A DNA stretch of 64,000 nucleotides, taken from assembly GCA_002269645.1 (NCBI GenBank), contig NIVC01003575.1, positions 1 to 64,000 of the forward strand. The letters run 5' to 3'. This DNA comes from Macrostomum lignano. Lineage: Eukaryota. Below the pieces are notes generated by a model. It did not search any database, had not been told where the DNA came from, and worked only from the letters and a program-made list of their open reading frames with translations. This document shows, piece by piece, positions 12,301 through 20,200 of this stretch; within the stretch, counting starts at the first letter, position 1, and every line of letters starts with the position of its first letter. A program made the position numbers and the translations under genes.

Positions 12301-13878
12301 GAAGACTCTCCAGTTCAAAGAGCGGGTGCACCAGGTGCTTCTACCAAGGCTAGTGAGGCGGACGTCGCTGTGCCCGGTGTTAGCAATCGAGCAGCACGCA
12401 AGATTCAATAATCTGCAATCGGCTGATGCGCCTCTGTTCACTTATCGCGACGCCGGAGGCAACCAGCGGCTGCTGACGGGCAGGCAGCTCGATCGCTTCC
12501 TAGCGGACAAGCTAGGGGCTGCGGGCTTCAGGCGTGAGCACTTCTCAGCCCACAGCCTCCGCCGTGGCGGCGCGACCTGGGCCTCGGTGTTGGGTGTGCC
12601 GGTGCCCGACATCATGCGGATCGGTGACTGGAAGAGCGACTCAGTGCAGCGGTATCTCCCGCAGTCGCAGCAGGGCTTGGCAGCTTCCGTCGTGTTTGCT
12701 AGAGGTGTGGGATCCCTCGTTTGACGTTGGCATCAGCTTTTCGATGTTCCGTTTCCTTCTATGTTTTTTTTCTTTCGCGCGCTTTCCCGTTGTTGCTTTG
12801 GCTTTGGAGGCCTCGTTTCTGCTTTCGCTTTCGCCAACATCGCGTATTCGTGTTTTGCTTTGGGGCACTAAGGCTGCGGTTTGCGCTAGGCTTGCCTTGA
12901 GCAAACCGGCTTTAGTGCCCAAGCGCGCTGCGTCTGTGGTGCGCCCCCCCCCCGCCGCGTGTGTACGTTCTGTGTTGTTTAGGTGGGCGCCCACCCCTCC
13001 GCCGGGGGGGGGGGTATTTTACTCCAGCCGCGCTGCTGAGTTGGCAGTGTTTTCGCGCAGTTCTTTTTTTTCTTCTTCTTTTATCCTTATTCTTTTAATC
13101 ATTAAAATATAAATAAAGAGGCCTCGTTTCTGCTTTCGCTTTCGCCAACGTCGCGTATTCGTGTTTTGCTTTGGGGCACTAACGCTTAACTCTGCAATGA
13201 TTTCCATTCACCCAGCTGTAAAATGGGTGCCAGCATTAGCTGGGGTAATTGAGGCTGTGTGTGGCGACCCCCCAGTCCTTGGACTGCACAGCCGTACGCA
13301 GCCTTCAAATGCGCCGCGCAATAACTGCACAAGTTATCAGACACTTATGAATACTCTCGAGTGCAGCGCCCTCTGTGGCATAGTCGCACAATATTCGCCT
13401 ATTATGGTAAATTCTTTACATCCCGCTGCCTTTTCAGAACTATCGAAGAAAAAAGCTAGCTATTTTGTTATGCAAGCATGTTGTACTTTATATTGATGGA
13501 TTGCATGGTCCGCATGGGTGTTGGTTCCGCACTAAACTCCCAAGCTACATGCTTACTCCGGAAACTCCATACCAAATCAATGTGACAACAATTGACCCTC
13601 TGCTCTGGCACAGAAACAAAACAATAATTAGTGGAAGGTATTGTTGCGAGCAGTGAGGTTGTTGCTTTTGATTTATAGGGAATCACAGCTGTCTGTAGTA
13701 ACATAAATGTCTTACTTGAGCCCTGAGCAACTAGAAACAGTCGCCAAGGAGACCGTCTCATCGTGATTCGGGAGCAGCAATCTGATGCTGAATATCAGGG
13801 CGAATGATCTGGCTTTGGCTAGGCTGCGAAACATCTTAATATTGTTGCCCGTGGTCCAGGTGGTGCCTTGTTTAGGTC
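6397..13878 (-). CDS. NELL-like protein (TSPN/LamG - coiled coil - VWC - VWC - EGF), multi-exon; 5' exon(s) not resolved
   Basis: Minus-strand exons with phase-compatible GT/AG: 13878-13716 (MFRSLAKARSFALIFSI); 8712-about 8480 (WHRLGFEFSKRRLRIAVDCRII, LamG); about 8280-8147 (ELQKAELVIGANGLVKQCTNL); 8066-7984 and 7886-7752 (coiled coil IQRLQLEMKSALQR|LASVEKRLKQL, then VWC CTYNGSRFDDGQTW...CRQCRC); 7190-6984 (CGPTICPTLNC...CCPIC); 6725-6608 (CCPYC); 6524-6397 (EGF NHCAPGHGCSLNADCVN..CVCRPGYHGNGINC, TGA). Domain order equals the N-terminal half of NELL1/2. The link between 8480 and 8280 is unresolved. Confidence 0.78.
8837..9012 (+). repeat. Ngaro repeat A1 (second copy A2 at 12869-13048)
   Basis: Identical to A2 as read by eye, except a G run of 7 versus 11. 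Confidence 0.95.
9045..10085 (+). CDS. Ngaro ORF1 / Gag-like: N-terminal SAP motif, coiled coil, C-terminal Cys/His zinc finger
   Basis: TVKSLRERLQGLGLPTHGNKMELLERL fits the SAP consensus; EVREVEQRIRLLKLRKEEAELQAEVNLL is heptad-like; CFDFNKEAGCSRRNCKFAHQCRRCGLGH is the finger typical of DIRS/Ngaro Gag. Confidence 0.85.
   Translation: MASTDTVKSLRERLQGLGLPTHGNKMELLERLSAHIDSVTELQDGDDRRPSLTPETTRSKNIQDLLAAAADGEAATAASESGAAGGLDDEVREVEQRIRLLKLRKEEAELQAEVNLLQRHRAPSTNHGELFGHVISGSESARPAIPHGTYRIPEFICKRKQQEAGIIQSVDRTGKVVYKVKEAALESLTFGDWIAGNARIMLKMLDDGALVKSGEGECPDVSELRDYLRFNIRIGELFDLGFEKTRVMRFDDECRISQTATTSWEARASDMGLVAAYLMAPQRGPTASERLSKRSQQPVCFDFNKEAGCSRRNCKFAHQCRRCGLGHSEAAAHRDGVGIETARSSH
10086..11789 (+). 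CDS. Ngaro reverse transcriptase / RNase H
   Basis: RLIHDCS, KVDLSEAY, RLPFG, YLDDF, FLGVEFD; RNase H acidic residues in ESDAC, YKEAV, YCDIM, LADAASR. The frame is open from directly after the gag TGA (10083-10085), in the same frame as gag. Confidence 0.93.
   Translation: MSARSDFNVPVLSTDLRFVEWEKELLCIDLPMDRKKFILDGVAYGFRITNKTVSDCKSIDVNNYHSVNVHFEAVEKQIKKELGCGRYRECPTGWRPQVVSALGALPKVGGRVRLIHDCSRPVNNSVNSRWVSQERLRFTCADNFARKLSRGCFMTKVDLSEAYRACGVHPDDFSRTGIKFRFGESKAATYMYDTRLPFGAAASVTCFHHLSNAVRLMMVRRGFVGTESYLDDFAFAGSRDECQRFYDELTGLLTRLGFTVNWAKCQTPTQRMTFLGVEFDTVAGIKRLPEEKARNLAELLATERSKTRISKRALQRLIGKLGWAALVIRKGKTFLRDLIEVCNAMRPDERIKVSLQLCDQFSWWIVALESARWVELWPVFKNHVAIESDACGRGGAAVLRRSDGSWDWCYINWSQDGAGVFADLPINYKEAVAPLLSILRWREELKGCKVSVYCDIMAACHIINNGTSRCPVVQRLLQTIALMSLRHGLSVRAFHVPGEFQILADAASRLHERSQLINFLFRCYGNLCPFALQSMHRHAFCPASAHFLHFQAVQLRQTLSATGPRRC
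11666..12724 (+). CDS. Ngaro tyrosine recombinase
   Basis: Catalytic R (MLRKSS), K (EQGKT), HxxR (HSLRRGGAT), W (IGDWKS), Y (VQRY). Overlaps the RT end by 124 nt. No in-frame ATG until about 12104. Confidence 0.93.
   Translation: MPVCFAINASTCFLPCLCPLSSFSGRPAAPDSLSHRAASLLGVSYAPRSRQAVARHIREWLAYCKQTRCSPVSCPLNSLLDYLASLVGTRLRAYGSVASVASSLSVWFRINSAPDLTKHAATTLLLRGAKRELGLRVSRKRPVSPLMLSEIHQRVSRSDGLQLACWAVTICCWWGMLRKSSVLPTSGKGPARVRCADIFRHPRGLILRLEQGKTLQFKERVHQVLLPRLVRRTSLCPVLAIEQHARFNNLQSADAPLFTYRDAGGNQRLLTGRQLDRFLADKLGAAGFRREHFSAHSLRRGGATWASVLGVPVPDIMRIGDWKSDSVQRYLPQSQQGLAASVVFARGVGSLV
12807..12868 (+). repeat. Ngaro repeat B1 (second copy B2 at 13118-13179)
   Basis: 62 bp with one mismatch (ccaacAtcgcg vs ccaacGtcgcg). 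AATAAA at 13112-13117 directly precedes B2. Confidence 0.95.
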
Positions 13879-15300
13879 CTGCAAAAATTAAGTGAATCCA
13901 ATTAGAAATTGCCTTTTTCAGAAGAGCAGTTAAAAAGAATCTAGCAAACAGGACTGAGTAGATACGCGCATGTGGCTACATTGTCTCCGAGACCATAAAC
14001 ATTGATGATGAAGACGAGAAAGAAGTGTCTAAACAAGGAACTTACAGTACTAAGAAGCAACTATACCGATCAACTTGGCCTAGGATTAAGGGCTTAGCTT
14101 ATTGAGAATGATGTGAGCTCAGCGGAGGAAAAAAGGCGGAGGACAACATAATAGCCCGAAAGGTCAAACGGGGTCGCCCTAGCTAATGACCCAGTAATAA
14201 GTGGAAGTGTGGGATTCCTAGGACAAACAACCACCGACATGTTGATCGATGCAGTGCATTGAAAGGCTAAATTGCATTGGGGAAAATGAATTGATTGCGA
14301 AGTTTCTACATGCATTGATGTCCAGTGAAACTCTTTAGATTAACGCACACGCATCTACGTATAAATTATTTTGTTATACGGTGTTCAAAACTCACTGAAG
14401 TTGTTGACAAAATTCGGCAGCCGAATGGAAACGTTTGCCTCACCCAGACTGCAGCTTGTCATCAAAAGCTGCACCATTAAGCAAATCGATAAGATGCCAC
14501 TCGAGCCAAATGGCCACGACGACGGGTGGGGCAGTTGTAGGTCACGTGACATATCAAGGGTTCCAGCTATATACTTTCAGCATTCAGTCACTTTAGAAGC
14601 TAAAGAAACAGTTCAGTTCTCAGATTTCTATCGATTGCTAGGCCTCACAAAATCGACCAGGCTTACGATAGGAAAGACTCTCTTTCAAGACTTGAAAAAT
14701 TTCTCAGTCTACGTCTTAACGAGGGAGATTCAAATACATGGCATTAGCTGAACAAACATATAGATGTGCTCGATTGGCTACGGGACTGCCGGATGACTTT
14801 GCGTTTAGTTTCGCAACTATCCAATAGAAATACAGTATATGCTGATGTTCATTCAGTTCATACAGTACGTGTATTTCATTACAAATTTCTTTTTGATTTT
14901 ACTTCGTCAAACAATTGGATGAAAGGACGACTATAAAATACTGAAGAATTAATTCGCACGAGCTTGTAATATACTAAAATTCGTCAATTGTAGATGTACA
15001 TATTAGTTACGAAGCCAGACTTAGCTCTGTTTATTAACGTAAATACGACACTAAATGGAAAATCTGAGTAGCTATTGTACTGGATGATATGTTTACAAAA
15101 ATGCATGAAACGAGAAAGTATAAATATTGAAGTAGTAACTAAACCCTGAAAGAAGATTCTTTCAGAAAACTCATGAGACGAATTCCAAATGTAGTTAATA
15201 TGGTAAGTTACTCTGTGTCACATAAACAATTCTAATGTACTTAAAATTGTATTGCGGTAGAGAAGCACTCTTAACAGATAAAAGTAAGACAAAACTCAAT

Positions 15301-15346
15301 ATTATTTGCGACGCGTTTCGGCTAAAACTAGCCATCTTCAGGCACT
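15301..15346 (-). ncRNA. Minimal hammerhead ribozyme motif in the PLE pLTR (left arm)
   Basis: Minus strand: TGC-CTGAAGA-T-GGCTA-gttt-TAGCC-GAAA-CGCGTC/GCA. Short stem I (TGC/GCA) is intact in this copy. Confidence 0.72.
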
Positions 15347-15990
15347 ATCGAACAGAATTTATTTCAACCTATTAAATACTGTGTAGACGACAAAATCAGG
15401 TATTGAAAAGATATAAAAGGACTAAAGGATCAATGTACAGTATAGCAATGTTCATAATATTTTGTGGAATGACAGGACAGAGAAAAAAGAGAGAGAGAGA
15501 GAGAGAGAGAGAATGAGGCGTATGCGCCCCAAATGTACTCTAGCTTAGAACACCAACAGCTGTTCACTCGCACCTCCTCCAGATAGTTGGACATTGAGAG
15601 TGGGTTTGTGTAACTTAATGTGCAGAGCTTCAAGAATGTTAAGTTTATGCTCATTTTTGCTGTTGTCTATGACCTTGAAATGAGAGGTTATGTCTGGCTC
15701 ATCACAACAACCATGGCATTGCAGCAAATGTTCATGAATCGGAGAGTTTCGTTGCCTATGTTCCTTGGCTCTCGTGAGAAGGTGTCGCTTGGTTTTACCA
15801 ATGTAGGTAATGCTCTGGTCAACAGAGCAACGAAAACGATAGATGACACCTGCCTTGAGAGCACATGGAACACGAGACTTTAAACTCCCAACAAATTGAC
15901 TGACTTTATGAGTACGGAACACTACATGAATCTTAGTCTTAAAGAATTTTTGGCAAATTCGCCAAAAAGAATTTTTTTCAATCTTCGATT

Positions 15991-16428
15991 GTGTTTAAGA
16001 GGCAAATTCGCAAAACTTGCCAAAAATTATTTAAGACTAAGATTCATGTAGTGTTCCGTACTCATAAAGTCAGTCAATTTGTTGGGAGTTTAAAGTCTCG
16101 TGTTCCATGTGCTCTCAAGGCAGGTGTCATCTATCGTTTTCGTTGCTCTGTTGACCAGAGCATTACCTACATTGGTAAAACCAAGCGACACCTTCTCACG
16201 AGAGCCAAGGAACATAGGCAACGAAACTCTCCGATTCATGAACATTTGCTGCAATGCCATGGTTGTTGTGATGAGCCAGACATAACCTCTCATTTCAAGG
16301 TCATAGACAACAGCAAAAATGAGCATAAACTTAACATTCTTGAAGCTCTGCACATTAAGTTACACAAACCCACTCTCAATGTCCAACTATCTGGAGGAGG
16401 TGCGAGTGAACAGCTGTTGGTGTTCTAA
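15991..16428 (+). CDS. GIY-YIG endonuclease domain of a 5'-truncated Penelope-like ORF (mirror copy 15545-15922, -)
   Basis: VIY...YIG, R, E and N motifs present. RT domain absent. Confidence 0.8.
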   Translation: MFKRQIRKTCQKLFKTKIHVVFRTHKVSQFVGSLKSRVPCALKAGVIYRFRCSVDQSITYIGKTKRHLLTRAKEHRQRNSPIHEHLLQCHGCCDEPDITSHFKVIDNSKNEHKLNILEALHIKLHKPTLNVQLSGGGASEQLLVF

Positions 16429-16455
16429 GCTAGAGTACATTTGGGGCGCATACGC

Positions 16456-16508
<53 letters not shown>

Positions 16509-16644
16509 CTCTGTCCTGTCATTCCACAAAATATTATGAACATTGCTATACTGTACATTGATCCTTTAGTCCTTTTATATCTTTTCAATACCTGATTTTG
16601 TCGTCTACACAGTATTTAATAGGTTGAAATAAATTCTGTTCGAT

Positions 16645-16690
16645 AGTGACTGAAGATGGCTAGTTTTAGCCGAAACGCGTCGCAAATAAT
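16645..16690 (+). ncRNA. Minimal hammerhead ribozyme motif in the PLE pLTR (right arm)
   Basis: CTGAAGA 16650-16656; stem II GGCTA-gttt-TAGCC 16658-16671; GAAA 16672-16675; palindromic ACGCGT; GTC cleavage triplet ending at 16681. Confidence 0.7.
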
Positions 16691-17215
16691 ATTAAAATTG
16701 TATATACTAAAAATGAGGTATAAAGGACTACTAGACTAGAAGGTGTTCCTAACGAAGTGTTCCTAGTGGTCCTTGTGAGGTATTTGTATGTACAAGTGTG
16801 TGGGGTTGTACATTCTATATATAAAACTACAATACGTCTTTATGTAGTTTTAACGTAGAGTAGCTACATATGCCAATTGCTGTAATTTAAAATTGATCTT
16901 AATAACTAATAACGCGATTGCGATTTACTATTTCCTAAGAGCTACTATATTGAGTAAATTACGTAATCTACATAACTACTATACAGGACAAGAATTTTAC
17001 GGTGTATTTTTTTCTTTTATCATGAGCATTAAAACAAAATAAGCCGTAATTCAAAGTAAATAAGTCATTGAATTCCACCGGCTCTTCTCTTTAGTTTTAC
17101 TCAACATTACATCATCAACAAAATAAAAATTAAAAATTTGGTAGACTTTCATTTTCTATTGTGATAAAGTTTGTTGGCAGACTTTCAAAAAACAGTTCGG
17201 TTTTTCGCGGTCGCG

Positions 17216-20200
17216 ATGGCTAGCCCAAGCGGTGAAGATGCAGGTTTTATCCTGCATATTTTAACTATTGGCTTCCATCACAAGCATGGATCGCAGGTAA
17301 TGAAAAATATACTAATTCTGTCGATTACAAATATAAATTTGCTAGAGTTTAATTTGCTTACCGAATTAGTTGTTAATATTTTGTCAGTCCAAGAAATAAA
17401 ATATTGTTTAATTTAATTCTCTATACTATATGATGGAATTACAGAGATATGCTACTTTATGGGCTTAAATACTTGTTAGTCAGATAAGTCAGATAATAAT
17501 TAAATGCATCTTTTAATATCAGGTTATAAATGCAGGTTATGTATTCTTAAAATTAAAGCTGTGTATTTCTTGTTTTGTGATAAGCACAAAATATTTATTT
17601 CAGTACATATAGTTAGAAAAGCTCTATAGAACACTAAATTTATTTCATGAAAAGTCTGGAAGTTAACAATGAATAACTTGATCTCTTATTACTAGAAAAT
17701 TTAATATAATAATTCTTAAATATAAGTAAGTAAAAAACTACATTATCTTTCCATTCATTCGTTTTACTAAATTAATACCAATTCATTGAAATTTTTTAAA
17801 TTCTTCGATTCGCATTGATGCTATTCAGTTTTGAAATTATTATCATAGAGTATGACAGTAGCTGAACACATGTAAATAAATCATTCATGCCGTGGAACAT
17901 ATCACTCCATAACCTCTTAGCTGGAGTTCTGCTTCCCAGCTTTGGCTCCGGGTCAACGCCCCGACTCTGGCTACCTGCCAGACGAATGGAAAAATCTGCC
18001 CGGACTGGCTTTGCCAGACGGAGCGCACAACTATGAGGAGGGTGAGCTGATGCACGTTGCTGACCATATTCCAAGTTAGCATAAACTTGTGTTAATCATA
18101 TACATTTATCCTTAAAGAAATAAACTCTCGTCTCTTTCTTACTCTGAAAAATGGCAGACAATGTCTACTTTGTCCTGCCGTCGCTTATCAAGAAAGAGCG
18201 CTCCGTCTTCTGCGTGTCCTGCTACCGACAGATTGACTCGTCGGTGAGTCTACAGAAATAGAGACTAAAAACTAGTCTATTAGTCTGTCGTCTCCCCTAT
18301 CCTCTAATTCGAGAACCCCCCCTTCCCCTCGCGACCAACTCGAAGCAGCAGCTGGTCGCAAAGACTGACGACGTGACTCGCAGCTCGGTGCAGAAGGCCG
18401 TGGTTGTGGTGAGCAAGGTGCCCATATTCGGCGCCATCCGCGAGCGTCTAAGCCAGGCTGCCCAGTCCTACTTTGAGATGCGCGACTTCAGCCGCATCGA
18501 CGTGCTGCAGGAGACGTTCAGCGACCTTCGCCGCTCCTTCAGCAAGGGCTCGGTGATGGGCCAGATGTACATGGGCCTCTCCGTAAAGGATTTGCTGCTG
18601 CGCTACAGGCAGAAGCTGCTGGTACTATTCAAGCTGCTCATGCTAGAGCGCAGGGTGATGTTCTTCATGAACCCGGCCTCTGATCTGACCAACACGCTGG
18701 TGACTCTGGTGTCCATGTTTCCCAACATCCTGGAGGATGGACTCGACCGCTGTGCCAGCATTATCAACAGCAAGTACAATGTGAAGTGAGTGCTGCTTCT
18801 TTAAAGTCGTCTTTTTTCATTGAACTAACCATATATGAGAGACTATAAAAATATTTTACTGGAGCGAAGCAGCATCCGTAATGATTCACTCTAGACTGAC
18901 CCCCCTGTCTGACCTATTCTTCCAGGAACCTGGCTGGGACTGACTTCGTCAGCGTGGAGAAGGACGCTGACTCGGATGCCTCAGTAGACGATTGCAGCGA
19001 TCTACTTGGCCAGCAGCAGCAGCAGAGTCAGGGCGGCCAGGGCCAGCGGCAGCAGCAGCCGGGACAGGGCGAGCAGGCCGCTGGTGCCGAAGACTCCCAG
19101 GCCGACGAAGCCAACGCTATGGCTGGTGCGGCTGGCGGCGCCGGCGCCAAACTACAGGAGGCGCTTAGCGGCGCCAGCAGCCTATTCTCCAGCGTGAAGA
19201 CCAATTTCCTAGCCAAAGTTGGCCCGCAGGCTGGCGGCCCGGGCGCCGGGGAGATGCCCACGGACGATCTGCAGAGTCCGTTCATCACTGATGACTATGG
19301 ATTTCCGCTGCCGCTGTTCGCCGAATCCGCCTTGTTTCTGCCCTACACGGCCCTGCAGCAGATCGACATTCTGGACGATCCGAACGTTCGCGCCTGCCTG
19401 ATCGGCGCCAACAACTCGGTGTTCAAGGACAACAGGCAGAAAGTGGACGCTCTGATTGGTTCGGATCAGGGCGACTTCACCCTGCAGGAGAGAGCTTTGG
19501 CTAAACAGCTTAAGCTAACCGGAGCCGACGAGGTCTTCATGCAGCTGCTGATTAATAAGATAATCCCCAGCGGAAATGATGGAGCCGCTCACGGTGAGTC
19601 AGTCAATGGTATTCCTTATTGTTCACGCACCGTCTTTCTAACAATTATTCGCTTGCCGTGTATTCTAATGCCTAAATGTATTTTATTGGCTGTAGTGTAC
19701 TCGTACACATACACATCGCTGAGCAGCTTAAGCGGTAAAGTACATTGTCCATAGCGTGTGTCCCAACCTTGTCTTGTTGAAAGCACTGCCCTGTTTGTGT
19801 CTGCTGATTGTCTAGTGCTTCTCATAATTTACCGGCAACCCATATCGCTTGAACCTTAATGGATTTAACCGTAAAGCCTGTAGACCCTACTCTCGAACAT
19901 CGTGCAAATTTTCACTGCAGCCCGGCAAAAAGTGGCACAAAGTTCAGTTGTGTTTGCCTTTTTGCATGGCGCTAAATGCGTCTTCATCATAGACAAATAT
20001 CGGTCGCAAAAAATCTGACTAGAAAAAGACCAAAAAAGAGATTGAAACTGATCTCCAGTAGCATTTCAAGCAAAAAAGTAGTTCGGTAAATTTGTTAACA
20101 AACCGCGGAAAAACACACTATATAAATTTACTATCCAACTAATGCGAAAGTGAGATTTGCACGATGCTCGAGTGTAGAGTCCATCTGCTTCAGAGCTGCG

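Larger units (their letters stand above)
8837..13182 (+). mobile_element. Full-length Ngaro-type (DIRS order) tyrosine-recombinase retrotransposon, 4346 bp
   Basis: Split direct repeats A1-[gag, RT/RH, YR]-B1-A2-spacer-B2: A1 8837-9012, B1 12807-12868, A2 12869-13048, B2 13118-13179. TAA at the left end, the B1/A2 junction and the right end. Three uninterrupted ORFs. Confidence 0.95.
8742..13390 (+). mobile_element. tRNA-derived SINE, split by the Ngaro insertion (head 8742-8836; body 13183-about 13390)
   Basis: A box TAGCCTAGTGG and B box GGTTCGATTCT, then TTGTGTCCTTGAGCAA. After the insertion it resumes with CGCTTAAC...CACCCAGCTGTAAAATGGGTGCC. The joined sequence matches the metazoan SINE central-domain motif CCTTGAGCAAGACACTTAAC...CACCCAG..GTA.AAATGGGTACC. 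3' end approximate. Confidence 0.75.
15298..16693. mobile_element. Penelope-like element 3' fragment (GIY-YIG endonuclease + pLTR) as a near-perfect inverted duplication
   Basis: Arms 15298-15956 and 16017-16693 are reverse complements around a 60-bp spacer. Each encodes GVIYRFRC.....YIGKTKRHL.TR.KEH...LEALHIK..KPTLNVQ, the Penelope-type GIY-YIG domain. Confidence 0.92.

Noticed and set aside
14040-14315. First (signal peptide) exon of the NELL-like gene
   Set aside because: Candidate ATG and donor sites exist, but no frame gives an open signal peptide joined in phase 1 to the 13878 exon.
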